A DNA stretch of 64,000 nucleotides from Hyphochytrium catenoides (taxonomy: Eukaryota; Protista; Hyphochytriomycota). The first letter of the stretch is position 1. The number at the start of each line of letters is the position of its first letter. The notes beneath the pieces were generated by a model. That model saw only the letters and a program-made list of their open reading frames with translations, did no database searches and was not told the origin of the DNA. Where the stretch lies: contig FLMG01000971.1 of NCBI GenBank assembly GCA_900088475.1, positions 54,597 to 118,596 on the forward strand, written 5' to 3'. This document shows, in pieces, positions 48,901 to 62,934 of this stretch. The position numbers and the translations under genes were made by a program.

Positions 48901-51900
48901 GTCCCTGCTAACCTGCACCTCCTTCCTAACCGCGAGTAACTGGGCTACGCTTCTCTGTGCAAATTCACAAGAGCTCTTCAAGCTGTTCCGTGTTTCCTCC
49001 AAAGCCTGCTGGACCTCAATCAACCTCTCTTCTGCATTCATAGGACGGCCACTCGTATCCATCCCAAGTGCCTCTGTTCAGAGCAAGACTATCAGCAAAT
49101 TGGCTAACAATGTGAACAGATGAAGAAGTTAATAGATGAAGAAGTTAATTGGGCAAGCTCCGACGCAGGGATTACAAAGGAGACACTCCTTAGACGGAAA
49201 CATTTGTAGCCATAGATGACGCGACCACCTCATCAGTGCAATTGGTAGATAACGCAAATACTTAACCTCCATCTCCTGCCATGTATGACAGCTCTGGAGA
49301 TGCTTTAGTTCTTCATCCATTCCATCCTCCCACTTTTCTTACCTGCATCATTTTTGTGTTGTTCATAGAACTGATGCTCTTCCTGCAGTATCTCTTGCGT
49401 CATCCGCTCCACCTTGGCAGCTCTGTGCAGTACCTGCGCAGTTAAAGATCATTATTAGGAGATTGCGTAGGTAATAAGAACTGGAAAACAAACTGCACAA
49501 GCTTTAGGAAAGGGTTGCAGAAAGATCTAAAGAGAGCGCAAGGACCTGCGGGTCTACCAGCCAGATTGACCGAACAGAAGAAGAATATTAGGCCCACGGA
49601 GATAGAGGCGTGTTAATAGATAGCGAACTAATAGCAGTAGAGGCATTGAGGTACAACCATAAGTAGGTGCTCGAATGTCATCTCAAGACAGCTGCAGAAT
49701 TCTTCCGCCTGAAGCGCCTTAAGCTGGGAGGCCACCTTTGAGTCCGCCTCCTTGTCCTCTACCACGTCAGAGGTCACGCTAACAAAGCAGACGGAGCAAA
49801 AAAAGGTAGTAAGGAGACCGGTAAGGTACAAAGAAGGGGAAAGAGCTAGATGGATGATGTCCGCAGCTAGGCAAGCTTCTAGCAGTTACCTGCCCTCCGC
49901 TGTGCTGGCGCTGGTCTCAATAGTCTCTGAAACAACGGTGCGCACAACAACCTTCACCTCGTTATTCAGCCTCCCTCCGTATTTTTGGAGAACCAGGCGC
50001 AACTTCCCAAGCCGGCTAAGGCCTCGGATAAGAGGTCGAACTACCTTCTCCAGGTTGTCATAGGAGGCAGAATGGCGCCCAAGGGTTGGGTCTGGGCTTG
50101 AAGGTTCTGCAGCGTCAAGGGTGGGGAGGGGTAAGGAGCGAGGGTATTCGAGTTGATACGTTTACGGAGAGACATGGAGGGAAATTTAGCAGTGATGATA
50201 AAAGTTCAGGAAGAGGAAAAACATAGAACCTTCTAGGACGGTCAAGAAAAATGAGGTGAAGGGACAGGGTGACCCTTGATCGGGGTTACAATGAGCCTAG
50301 TAGGCACAACTACAGACAACTTCGAGCGAATGATGAGACTAGAATCAAAAGCCTTCCGGACATAAATTCTCAAGGTGCAGGCAAGCGAAGTTGACTTACC
50401 ATCATGCACGTCGTCCCAGTCCTGAGAAACAGATATCTTTATAAAGTTCTCAGACATCTGATTGACCAAGAACTCCGTAAAGTCCTCCAGCTGTCGGGCA
50501 ACATTTTTAACGCAGTGAACACCAGAGAGTGAAGAGGATAAAATATTCGTCGAGACGCCAATCTGATTGATAGCAGCAAGATAGTCTCCGTTCTGGAAGA
50601 GCGCTTGAATGGCTTGAGGCGCTTGGCGAACCTAAGAAACGAACCGCTAGAGTGAGGAGATGCGGGATGCTTTGTTCTGAACAACGACATATCGCGGGTG
50701 CTAACAACCATGGAAACTCATGATTGAGACCACAGATTGAGCAAGTAATGATATCACGGCGTAAAAGGGCTACAAGTTTCTCTTGCTTGTAAAAGGATTG
50801 GCAGGGCCCTCTTGTCTGTGATAGGAAGAGCAAGCCCTTCTTGTTTATGAGACGAAGAGCAGAGGAAGGGGAACCCGGCCCCCCTTGTAATATCTCCTCA
50901 ACTGACCTCCTCAATCTGAATAAGCTTATCATAGAGAATGTTTAGCTGTTTATGGCGCCCACTGAGGCGCGCGACCTTCATGGACTTCTCAAAGAGAGCA
51001 CCGTGGATGTTCTTTACGTTGTCCCTGCGAATTGAGTTTAAAAAATGAGTTCGTTAAACCCACGCTTAGAGAAGAAGGCAGAATGAGGAATCGACTGAAG
51101 AAAGAACACAGGCCGACGAAACAATAAAGGCAGTGGAATAAAACGGCTCACCTCAAGTGGGCCACATCCTGGCAAGCACCGCTGACATCAGTCTTGATGT
51201 CATCGTGGCCCGAGATGGCATGGATGAGGAACTCAGACCGATTCTCTAACTTCCTCAACAGACTTGCTTCCACAACATCTAGGTACACTGACAGCTGAAA
51301 GCAACGGGCAGGATATTAGATAGCGAATGGTCTCGACATCCTGATGGGGCTTATCAGGCCTGACTTGTCTCGTGCTAATTGTGGAGAGAAGAAGTCCGTG
51401 GATAATGGAAGGGCAGAAGCATTTGAGGAAGTGAGTCTGAGCCAGAAAACCGGATCATCCATGGACTACCCTTTCTTCAGTCAGAGCTCAGAAACGCCGC
51501 TTATAAGAGGGTACATGCACCATTATCTTTGCGGATGAGGGCAATATAGTGGATTAATACCTGTTCCTGCATCTCTGTATTGGGCTTCTGCAAGTTGGCC
51601 TCAAATGTCTTGGGGTCCCTCATGTCATAAGCCTCAGAAAAATAAAGCGCTGGGACCATGGAAAAGCAACGTGCTATCTGGCGATCCACTTAAATATTCC
51701 CATACAACGGATATGGTAAGATAGAGGAGAGAAAAAGAGACACAAGGAGTGAGGCAGATAAGTAAGCAAACGGGGATCGGCTGTGGGAAGGATCGCGCAA
51801 GAGAGAGAGAGAGAAGGCGAGATAGCAATGCAGCATCTGCGGGCATAGTCATGTATATAGGAAGGCTCCACAAAATATTCTCTGAGATCGAGTTAGAAAA

Positions 51901-52905
51901 ACAGGGTGACAACAGAGAAGGTCCTGGCCTCTCTGTTAAGGGTTTCCCGTCCCTTGTGTTCAGGATGCTCAGTTATCATGGCCAGGTCATAAGCTCTCGC
52001 TCCGTTTACCTTCTGCCTCCTGTGAGGTTTGTCGTGAGGCCTCATCGCCTTTGTTTCCTTCGTGATTGCTTGTAAAAATCCTTGCATGCTCTGCAGTTTT
52101 GGCAATGTAGCTGCGGAAATCATCGAAGTTGACCAAAGGGAGAGGAGGACCAGGAGGAAGAGGAGCAGGAGTCTCGCTCTGTGTGCCGAAGATACTATCG
52201 AAAGCTCGTGCCTCCTAACAATCGGAAGAGCGGATATTGTGAGCTGGCTTTGCGGTGGTAATAGCAGTTAATGTGAGAGCGTTTTGCCCAGAGGAGACTA
52301 GTAGCACGAGAGAAAGGAAGACGGAGTAACCCGAAGGCAGCACCAGCCCGAGAGCGGTCATCTAAAGGTGGGAGAGAAAGCAAGAGCAAGAAAAGGCATC
52401 GATAGTTGCAGCGAGATTGGGATCAAGGATAGAACAAGATACGAGGACTGATGGAGTCTGACCCTTGGATTGATGAGCACGGACTGTAAGTTATGCCCTG
52501 TTTGCAGCAGATAATCCTCGAACTGAATTAGCGGTTGCTCAAAACTCTTTCCGCTAGGAGAATCCTACAGCGAGCAGAGTGCAAAGCAACCATCAGCGCA
52601 AGGAAGAGCAAGAAGAGACCCAAAGGCAATCCTTGAGGAATCGAGAACCAATAGAGTATCTGCCCTCCTATAGATAGAGATGATGCAACCCAGGTCATCG
52701 AGAGAGAGGAAGTGGTAGGCTGCGAAGGCAAGCTGCAGACGATGAAAGCAGGGGGGAAGGTAACACCCGTCTAGGATAAGCGAAAGGAAGAGACCTGGCT
52801 GAAGAGTGTCGGGAAGACAGTAGGATTGATCCTTCCATTGTTGGGAGTGGAAGGCGGGACACCTATACTCCGGGAAGGGTCCCGCGTGATACCATGAGCG
52901 GACAT
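45972..52905 (-). CDS. VPS54: Vacuolar protein sorting 54 (GARP complex subunit), multi-exon
   Basis: Motifs include NLQSVLINPR, QEQLSVYLDVVEASL, MMNEKWKQVSVSPERQ and LLRLFNSKTTQLVLGAGAMQVAGLKSITSKQLALASQCL. The start codon is uncertain. Confidence 0.92.
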
Positions 52906-53399
52906 TCTTCTCGTTCTATATTGTCCTCCACTTAGAAGAAGGAGGAGCGCTGGTGTCCAGAGCAAAAGAGTACGAGGAGACAGAGCCGCAGGCCCCGGCT
53001 TCCTGTCTAGACTTCTGGCATAGCGTCTTTTAGATAGTCGCAAGAACGTACACTTCGGATCCACCTATTCTTCCCCTATAGTAAAGCTGGATAGGCCCCC
53101 AACGGAGGCACTTCCTTACCCATCTTCTTTAGAATAGCTCTGATCAGGCCGCTGCCACGAGCAGGAGGAAGGAAACACACGCCGGAGATAGCTAAATGAT
53201 CGACGGGAAGCTTGCTGCCTGGTCGCTGCAGGGCATCTGAGGCTGGCCCTGGGATTCGTTATAGAAGGCAGTAGCAGCTATAGGAAGGTAAATGCAGATG
53301 GCAGAATCAGAGGCGCTGCCATTGGAGGGTAGAGCGGGGACAGGAAGGCAGACTGATGAGCGACTGAGGGAAAGACAGCGCGGCAGACCAAGAGGCGTG

Positions 53400-53495
53400 G
53401 AGAAGAAGAAGGTCAGAGGAGTGAGAGAAGCAGAGTGAAAAGGAGAGAGAGAGAGAGAGAGAGGGAGAGAGACAGAGAGAGAGAGAAGAGGAAGG
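53400..53495. repeat. (GA)n polypurine tract
   Basis: GA runs upstream of the VPS54 start. Confidence 0.85.
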
Positions 53496-54022
53496 ATATG
53501 AGACAAGGAGCAACGGTTCTACAGTAATATGCCTGATCGGCTCCTATCAGTCCTACTTAGTACCTCAATATCATCCGTAATAATGTCGCCCATCATCGTT
53601 TTTCCTTCTCTGCTTTGTCATTTCCTGCCATCCTCATCATCTCTTGGTCTCTCTCTCTCTTCTTATTTACATGCCGAGCACTTGTGCCTTCTCCTATTCT
53701 CCTGCACCACCGACGTGCACCACTACCGATCCTGGGAGATGCCACAGGCTGTTAATAAGTCTATGATGGACCTTGTTATTATAGATCTGACTAGGCTAGC
53801 GCGGTCTGACAAAAGTTAAAGCCTGATAGCATGGAAGAAAGTTCAAGAGAGAAGTTTAAAAAGCACCTAGCAGAAGTGCCCCACAAACGTTATTGTGGAG
53901 TTTGAAGCAGGGACAACAACCAGGGACCAATGCCGTTAGTGCACATATGAGAAAGAGATTAAAAGAGAGAGAGTGAGAGCAAGATTAAAGGTCAGAGTGT
54001 TCCTTTCTGTGTGCTGCTTCGC

Positions 54023-55276
54023 CTAGGAGTTGGCCTCTTCAGAGGGCTTGTTTACGACCCACTCATCAATGAACTCAAGCTCTCCAGGACCAGAAGGAAG
54101 GTCTCGATGCTTGTTGAATCCACCCTCCCACTGCACTGAGCCATTCTCGATCATGATGTACTTGTACTCTAGATGCGGTCGATCTTCCCTCACGTCAAGC
54201 GTTAGGCGACCTATCCAGGTCTCTATGTCCACTCTTTTCAGGAGCAAAGCGTCATAAGGATTCCAATTGCCAAGTTCAGGAACCGAACCGACTACATACA
54301 AATCTTGACCCTTCTCCGCAGCAAAACCCCTCAGCTGGAATTTGATCCGTACAGACTTTAGAGAGCTTTGAGTCTGTTCTCTTCTATCTTCCCGACCTGC
54401 TGGGCTGATAGGAGTACAGTTTGTGCCTTCTGCTGCTCTTTCTGTCTCTAATGGGCTTGCGAGGAATGCTCGAGATGCGGAAGGAGAGACGGAAGAGGAG
54501 GAAGTCTGAATCATGCAAGGAGCAGTGAGCTTGATGCTGATGCCTGAGCCCGCAGGGACCACAAGTTGGATGGTACCTACTGCCTCTGAGATAATAGATA
54601 TGGTCACGCTGCCTTCTCCTACTTTGCCTGCCACAGGAGCTTGAGATGCACCCTCAGCTATTTGCTGCCCTGAGGAAAAAGCAGCAGGCAGTTGCGCCAC
54701 AGCAGCTGCAGGAGACGTGGTGGGCGTGTTCTGCAACGAGGAAACGGCAGACGAAGGCTCCTCCGTCGTGGCTGTTCTCTGAGATGGAGAGATAGGCTTC
54801 TCTTTGACAGACTTACTCCACGCCTCCATCTCCGAAAAGCTGGGAACTGGTAAGAGCCGCTGCTCTCGTACTCGACCCTCTTCTTGCTCTACCCGAGACG
54901 GTGTTGATCCAGATGCGTCCAACGGCCACAAGGCGGGAGAAGAAAATGACTTTTGTCCCAATCGACCTGTCGAAGCTCTACTGGAGCTTCCCGATGGTGA
55001 TGATGACAAAGAGTTGGGTGAGGCTGTAGATGTTTCCGCCAGGTCGTGATCATCCAACTTTAGCATCTGCAGTTCTCTAGCATCTGTCACGATGGTGGGA
55101 AGCCTTAATCCTCTCTGTTTCTGGGATCTTCGTCTCCGATAGTGAGCCACGATCTCCTTCGGAGAGCCATCCTCGCTTGCCAGCATATCATCGAGAATCA
55201 TAATTCCTGGGTTGACTTTGAAACCAGGTGCTTGCGACCGAGCGTGCACAGGAGAAGTCCAACGATAGCTTGACAC
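54023..55276 (-). CDS. Protein with Ser/Ala-rich disordered N-terminus and C-terminal CBM20 starch/glycogen-binding domain
   Basis: VRIKFQL...GQDLYVVGSVPELGNWNPYDALLL...W...LEYKYIM...VQWEGGFNKHR is the CBM20 signature. The 5' end is uncertain (first ATG at 55201, or an upstream exon). Confidence 0.88.
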   Translation of the reverse strand: MSSYRWTSPVHARSQAPGFKVNPGIMILDDMLASEDGSPKEIVAHYRRRRSQKQRGLRLPTIVTDARELQMLKLDDHDLAETSTASPNSLSSSPSGSSSRASTGRLGQKSFSSPALWPLDASGSTPSRVEQEEGRVREQRLLPVPSFSEMEAWSKSVKEKPISPSQRTATTEEPSSAVSSLQNTPTTSPAAAVAQLPAAFSSGQQIAEGASQAPVAGKVGEGSVTISIISEAVGTIQLVVPAGSGISIKLTAPCMIQTSSSSVSPSASRAFLASPLETERAAEGTNCTPISPAGREDRREQTQSSLKSVRIKFQLRGFAAEKGQDLYVVGSVPELGNWNPYDALLLKRVDIETWIGRLTLDVREDRPHLEYKYIMIENGSVQWEGGFNKHRDLPSGPGELEFIDEWVVNKPSEEANS

Positions 55277-57466
55277 CCTTCAGAAGCAAAACCACTCTTG
55301 TAAGAGTCTAATTGTTCTCTCTTTGGCAATAACGGGACAGAAGAAGAGCAAGAAACTCGAGTAGCCCCAAGTCCTTGTTAGGAAGTTGATGGCAACTGAG
55401 GGCCGATCTTCGAGTACTGTCGGCTTTTCGATGCAGCTGAGGACTTAGCCAGGCGGTGGACAGCCTTATAGGTTGATAGCGGAGTATTGGCGACGACGGG
55501 TTCGATGGAGGTGGATAATGCTGAACTGCTTGCCAGAAAGCGGGTGACAAAGACAGGTGAGGAAGAGTAATAAAAGGAAGCTAACGACCCAGCTGGGGAG
55601 CGAGAGAGAAAACGAAAGAGGGAGAGAGAGAAGGGAGGAGAGACCAGCCCTAAGGCCCCAAGGTCCCGTGGAGCCCAAGGCAAAGAGAAAGGAAGGGCAG
55701 AGCCAAAAGAAGAAGCGAAGAATCCGTGCGGTTGCTGCTGCTTAGCGCGCCATGCAAGGTGACACCGCGAGGGAGGTTCTTCCTGCTTTGTCCTTCGGTC
55801 CAAGGAGTAGAGAGGGACCTTGGCACTCGGTCTGCCGTGTCGTAATGGGAAGACGACTCCATCAGAATTGCTTTGTATTCCTGAGGATTAGCCCTTCATG
55901 TCATATATAATGCTGATATGTATATTCTGATTCTTAATAGAGAGGCTTGGTTGAATTAGGAGAGAATTGTCAAGAATGGGAATTTCTTCCCCACTAAATT
56001 TACACTTATTAGTAAATTAAAGTCAATTAAGCCGAATAACTATACAACAACCCACAAATAGTAGTAGGAGTTAGATGGATTTTCTTTGTCTGCCATCTTT
56101 CACAGCCACCATTGGCCAACTTCGACAGGCAGTGGATTTCTTTGTGAAGAAAGCCTCATTCTTTAGACCTGGCAAAGCAAGTTGAGGTTCTGGTGTTGGT
56201 CTCTCGCAGCCTAGGAAGCGGGATCACAGTCCATGATGGCCGTCGTGTGTCAAAGCTGAAAGGACACCGGAGAAGGAAGAGCTGCTGGATCTCTGCAGAT
56301 CTTAGCATTGCACCTGGTAACGGACTGGTATAGAGTATGAGGGAAGAGTAGAAAGCTTCTATCCCTTCTCTCTACTTCCCATTGCACTGTACGAAGATTC
56401 CATTGGCCTCGACGGTCATAGCCATCGGTCATAGCCATTTGCCACTATTTATTCCATTCAATCCTTCACCCGTTCATGAGAGGTGAGGTGGGGTGCCGTC
56501 AGCTCAAATCTTTCCTGTCGACCGGCTCCTAGTAACTATAATGTTAGGAAAGGATACCACTCACGATAAGAAGGCTGCAACCTGCTAAGCGTGCGTCATC
56601 GCTTTAGGAACTAGCATCAAGCAGGACGCCATAGACTTTCAAACTATTAACCTGGAAGATTGCGCACCCTATCAAATCGAGCAAGCTGTGGTCACTTTGC
56701 AAAATAGTCTCTTCTCCTGACGATGTCATCCCCATTTCTCCTAGTCACTAGGGTTCCTCGTTAATCCTTTGATGGCGTCGATCTTTCGTTTCGTCCCTCC
56801 CTGCTGTATATAAGCCAAGAGCTGGTGTCACCTCTTAGTGATATTGTTGGGATGATTTTAGCATGTAGAAGAGGTCTGCCGGTCCATTATAAAGGCATAT
56901 CGACAACGCTCAAATTGTACGAACAGGAGTAGTAAATGAAAGGCGGTGCGACGTTTTCTTGATGAGTAATTGAAGTGAGGAACCCCGCAACAGTTCGCAC
57001 TATGCATTCAATATGCGGACTGTCCAGCGTCAAAAGCTTAAAAATGACCGTTGGGTTCTCGTCCGCGGTTCTATAGCTTGCCTGCCACATGCAGTGGACT
57101 AGTGCTATAGCAGCGCTTATGGGTACCATGGCACTCTGCCTGGCTGCTTAGAGCCATGGATCTGCTCCGTGAGAACTGGCGGAATGGACCGTTGAGTGGA
57201 GTTGTTGGCCCTATGGAAGCCCATGCTTCCCATATCAGAGTTTCTCCTAAGTGCAAGGAGAGTATAAGTGTGGGAACACGCATAAGAATCGACGAAGGGC
57301 GAAAGCAGGGAAGAGTAAAGGCCTGAAGACCCATCTATCCTAGATACTGAGGTATGGCAGTAATAAAGCTGGGTGAATAGGACTAGAGAAAGCTCTCAAG
57401 CACTGGGCGCTAGGGTAAAACTGCTATGTGACGTGCGCGCGTCAATGGGAAAGAAGTAGAAGTCGT

Positions 57467-60255
57467 CTACCTCCTCTCTGGTGAGGCTATCCTGAGTTTT
57501 TTCGCGGATGCTGTGCTGACAGCTCCAGCCAGTGAAGGCATCTTTTTCCCAGGCCCGTCTACTCCGATTGAGAAGTTGTACAGCTCGCTGGCATGGCTTC
57601 CAATTTTGAAGTAAAGCTCCTCTGGTATTCTGTGTAGCAGCTAATCGGTCCGCACAATGCCGGCATGAAGGATGACGATGTCAGACTGCAATATCGGAGC
57701 TCATACCGACAGTCGAAACGAGAGCCCGACGAACAAGATTTATGCAGTGATATGAAGAGGAGCTGGAGGGATCGCGTAACGTGCGAACGTGGACAGTTCG
57801 ATAGAGTCATAACCAATAAAAGTACAGACTGCCCGAGGGAGGCAGACTAAGCCTAACGAGAAGGGAGAAGCTGCAAAGATTCTCTAAGTAAGAGCAGCCA
57901 AACGCTTTCGTATGAGATTACCTCAAAGGCGACTGTAAGTAGAAGCTTGGCGTCGGTAGTGGGAAGGGCCCGTAACTGAAGTAGGGCCATCGGACTGTCG
58001 GAGGAAGAAGGAGGTGCGTGAGCTGATAGAAGATGAATCGGAGTATTAAACCAATGGCGACATAAAAAGATAAGGAGTGATTGTCATGCAAATGCAGCGG
58101 GTAAAGGAAGCTAGCAGTATCCATGGCAAGACGTTGATTGAGCAAGAAGCCCAGAAAAGGGCGGAGAAAGACAAGAAAAACCATGACTGCGTCGATGGGT
58201 GATCAACAAGGAGTAATGCACATCGAGTGCTTCAGGCTCGAAATAGGGGCTTCTGAAAACCGCACGGATTCGAAAGATTTTGTCAAGAAGGATCAGAAGT
58301 CAGTCAGCAAAGTTGCATCTCACTTTGGATGAGATAGCAACTTCTCTCGCATCAATATGCAGTGAGCGACGCAGACCAGTACGTTGAAGTGGACCCCAAA
58401 CGCCAGAAGCTGCAGAAGTTTTCTTTAGAATGCAATCCTAGCAACAAGGTTTTCCCACGGCCCCATAACCAGACAACCGGCGAAAGGAGTAGATGCATAG
58501 CGCCAGGAAGATTCTGATGGTCATTCGAGAAAGAATCATAGGCTAGAATGTGAAGGAAGCTGCAGGCGGAGGATCAAAGGATTAGAAAGGAAGAGCAGAG
58601 ACCAGGAAAAACGGAGCACACCAGCTGATGTGCTTAAACTTGCATAGATTAAAAACATACCGCATCCCACAAAATAAGAGCCTGATTCAACGGTGGAGCG
58701 CAAGCGAAAAGGCTCATAACCAAAGGAAAGGCATAAATAGTCGCTGCCAGGCCCTTGCTATATAGATATTTGTACAGCTCTGGGTCCACCTAAAGAGGCA
58801 CAAGAAGAAAGTCATTGAGGTTGTGCCACTTTTTAAAGGACCACGATATAAGGCTGAAGTGGAGACTATGGAACAGTGCAATTCTCGTGTTGCAAACGGA
58901 GACTTACACTCTCTAAACATTCATCCACTAACTGACATCCGGCGTGTACTCCCTCGAGATGTGGATCTACATAGCGTGGACATTTCTGTGTGATCAGCTG
59001 ATGAAAAGAAAAGAAGGCATCGACCTCAGGCATAACATAGAGAAGAGGGCCTGAGAGAATGTTCATCCCTTGCACGTAGCCGTGATAGTTCTGTTTGGAG
59101 AAGAGACTAGCACCGTCCGCTCCTTCCTTTTGGTTGTCTGTCTCCTACGAAGGCGGAGGGAAAGCGTCGGGCTATTATGTTAGAAGTCATTCAGTGCAGC
59201 TCCTTCAATAGACGCCTTCAGTCAATCCTCCACTACTGCCACTTTGTGCCTCTTCCTTTAACAAAGGTGTACCGAACACACATGTCCCCTACAACTCTTC
59301 CATTCTCCCCGCCATTAATATTATCCTATGGTATCCTAGCCTCCGGCGCCTCACCATGTAGTGCACAAAGGCGTTCAGAATCCTGGCTAACTTCTTTTCC
59401 GGTACCCTGACGGCAAACTCAGCATCATTCGTGAACGTCCTGAAAGTGTCATTCCGTATTTTCTCGTCGCAACGTGATGGTCCTTTCTGCACCAGACGTG
59501 CATATAGTTCAGCATCTAGGTCTTCTACGCCAAGAAGAATCTTCCATATGCAGCCCCGAAGAGAGCACTTTCCACCAGTGTACCCAAACGACGCTCTCTC
59601 TATCTCCGTCTCAGGAGGAAGACCGTACACAATAACAAGCCTGCGGAGCTCCATGAGACGACTCCGAAAATCAGCAGGCACTCTGACGTAGGCGCCTGAG
59701 AGGGAAGCAAATCAATAGATTAGGGGGACCCTATATCAAAAAGACACTGTGAATTGGGAAAGGGCCCTGGGTATGGACGAGAAACGAACGCAAAGGAGGT
59801 CGACTATGCATAGAGTTATGCTACGGGGGAGAAAGCGTGCAGGGGCCGGGATGGGGAGCAGTCCAGACGAAAGGAGAGAGTTGACGGATGCAAGGGTGGG
59901 CCCATGCGGAGCCACAAGGATCACTTCTAGATTAATGGAGCGCGAGCAGAATCGTACTATACCTTCTGAGCCTGGCTCTCCATAAAGAATCTCATGGTAC
60001 AGTAGGCGCAGCTAAAGCGTTAGGAATTAGGTTAAACCACTTAAGCAGTCGAGGGGGACAAATCAAGAGAGGAGAACATGTAGCCAAGAAAGAGAGACGA
60101 GAAGGCAGGAGCCATAGAGGAACATTAAAAAGAGACAGTTTGCAACAGATGATTGGCTGACGAAGACGCCAGAGCTGGCACTGACAGGACGAGGGGCAAT
60201 TTACCTCTTCTGGGCTGTACTCCTTCTGCTGAAACGCGGTGCCCTGATCACCCAT
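57467..60255 (-). CDS. BUB2: Bub2/Cdc16-like Rab-GAP TBC domain protein, multi-exon
   Basis: Motifs include LRRLVIVYGLP, LRGCIWKILLGV, KIRNDTFRTF (Arg finger), GYVQGMN (Gln finger), IYAFPLVMSLFACAPPL and LAFGVHFNVL. Exons join in frame. Confidence 0.9.
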
Positions 60256-61376
60256 TACAACTTCCAAGAACGAGGGTTAAGTGGTTAAGGAGGAGCACGT
60301 CACTCCTGGGAAGCGTTACTGTTCCACATGAAGTTCACTCAAGATATGCCAGCATGCCATGCCGCTTGAACAAAATTGTCAGATGGCTTTAGGGGAGAGG
60401 TCCGCCTTCTCACGGTCGGGCGTCAGGGCCTCCGAGTACACTGACCAGCCCGGAGCCACTAGCACGGATGTTCCCTTGCAATGATGTCTCTTGAGCGGCT
60501 AGCGTGCTCCACTGTGCCTCAACAATGGACCTTTTGGGTGACTAAAGGACACTGTAATGGAGAGCGGAAGGATTCTGAGTACAGAGGACAGTACACCAGG
60601 AAGGTAAGGGGTCTATAGGAGAACGCAAAGAGGAAGTCTCCGTGTCTGGGATCGACGTGCCCGGAGGAGTATCGTCACACTTTGGTGATCGCGTGATCGC
60701 ACGTGATGTCGGTTCATGAGCTTCAGGCAGACGGTCCAGGTTGCACACGTCACGAACGAACAGCCATTACATCGTCCACCCATAACTCTACTAATGAATA
60801 TACAGGGCTGACTAGCAAGCGCCACACGTCACCGACGCACGACACAAACATCGAACAACCGCATGTTGACGCCAGCACAAACGCAATAACGGATTCGCTG
60901 CCAATTACTTGGATAAAAGATGATGCCGAGGGCCGAGAGTCTCCAGATGACGAGACAGTGGAAGATCGAGGGTCTCTATTACTGCTCGGGTTGCAAGAGT
61001 AAAGCCTGATCTGTGCTTCCTAGCAATCGCCTATGAAGTGGGGTCGCTTTTCATTTTATTGGCGAAGGTTAATATAGCTGACGAGGGAGGAGATAAAGCG
61101 TCGATGGAAGAGGACCAGTAGTCCTAATAGTATCTTTTCATTTTTTATAATAACCATTCATAAGACCTCTGTCTCGACGCCTGAAGACGAACTGGCAGTT
61201 TTGAGCACATTGTTGTTTGCAAACTCCAGGCGGTTACACTCTCGAAAAGACAGAATCTGTAGGTTTATTGTCATACAATGTGGTGCCAGTCGGGCAGCAC
61301 AAGAAAGCATCCCGACTGCGTAACCGATTAAATAGTCTGCTGTGCTCTCCGTTTTTTGACGAAACTGTCTCGGAAG

Positions 61377-62633
61377 CTAATCCTTGAGAGCGAAAGAACT
61401 CCCGCAACCACAGCCGGACTCTGTGTTGGGGTTATTGACCACTGAAAAGCCGCTCTTTATCAAATCTTCAACAAAGTCCACTGTTGCACCTTTGAGGAAA
61501 TCGAGAGATACATCGTCGATAACCACTGCCGCCCCGTCACGCTCGAAAAGACTGCATTACGGGCATCGGTGTCAGCGATCATCTAGAAAGGCAGGTAGAA
61601 ATCTACCAGGCCAGAGGTGGTGACCAGCCAGGTAAGAGAGAATAAACACCTCAATCACAGATAATAGATGAGAGGAACTCTCAAATGGTTTGGCTAGGAA
61701 GAAACACCGTTCAACCATGACAAGGTGTCAGAAGCGAAAGAGGGACCATGCTCCGAAGGGATATAGACGATCATACAGATAACATTAAAGGACCCACGGC
61801 GAGAAGCATGAAGGGACCAAGAGTACTACGCCTTTGACGAGATAGAGAAAGATTGATGGAAAACTGTCTGAGACGTAATCCTTCGTTGAGCTACCTACCG
61901 GTCATTGTCCGATGGGTCTTCCTCTTCTAGTGAGAGTTTGTACTGAAAACCAGAGCAACCGCCGCCTTCAACAGCAACACGAAGCTTGAGCTTCTCTCCC
62001 GCAGATTTGCGCAGCTCCAACAAGTGCTAAGATGGAGAGACCATAGTGAGACAAAGGTAGTGGTCTTGGGTGGACCGTCACAATAAAGAGATTACGCCAA
62101 AGACTTATCGGAGGGATCTGGCGGGGTATTGGGAGAACAACGCAGGAGAAGCACATGGAACGAGCAAAAAACAAGGAGACAGGACGAACTGTAAAGCTGC
62201 AGGTATCGGCTGTACGAGATAGATGATAGACCACCAAAGGGAGAACACGAGACGGAGTATTTAGAGGCCAGGCCCTCAAAGTGAGATCTGCAAGACCCCT
62301 CTTTAGCAGCCTTCAGGACGTGGGGCATTGGAGAGAAGGCGATTTACCATGGGAGCAAGGAGACACATGGAGAAGACAAGGTATAGAACTGGACGATGGA
62401 TGGAACATGGGAGAATGAGGTAGCATGTGCTCCTTCCTTACCTTGGCAGCTGCTTCGGTGATGTTTAGCTCGCCGTCTTGGCTATTTACAACGCTCGCCG
62501 AGGAATACCTAACGCCACCAAAGCCTCGCCACAAATCCCTGCGACCTGGGAGTTCATAGGTTAACCTGGTAGCATGCTGTACGCGGTAGAGAAACTGTTT
62601 CCCGCCATGACTACCCAGCAACCGCTTAGCCAT
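61377..62633 (-). CDS. ISCA2: Iron-sulfur cluster assembly protein IscA2/Isa2, mitochondrial, 3 exons
   Basis: Presequence followed by LNITEAAAK|HL...LRVAVEGGGCSGFQY, GATVDFVEDLIKSGF and NPNTESGCGCGSSF. Confidence 0.95.
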
Positions 62634-62934
62634 CTCTCCTGTGGCCCCCAGGGCAGCTTGATAAGAGACTCAACACGACGAAAGAGAACCAATAGGGTCG
62701 TGGTCCAGGTAGGCCGGCTCAAGAACCAGCCCTAATAAAGAACTGGGGAGAGACTTCCGAGATGCTTGGTCCGTCTATTCTTCCGTCCGTTTGACTCGCC
62801 TATTCTTCGGTTTGTCCAGAGCTTAGTCGTGCTTCATTTCTTTGTCAGGAAGACCTAACCCGATGACCTCTTCTGATTGACCGTTCAGTAGGGCAATGGG
62901 AGATTGGTTCTTATCTTGATGGCACGTGGTCACT

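Noticed and set aside
55900-57400. Possible gene between the CBM20 and Bub2 genes
   Set aside because: Only short ORFs are present, with no consistent exon chain or motif.
60558-61002. 99-aa Thr-rich + strand ORF between Bub2 and ISCA2
   Set aside because: It is low complexity, has no convincing start or exon structure, and shows no recognisable homology.
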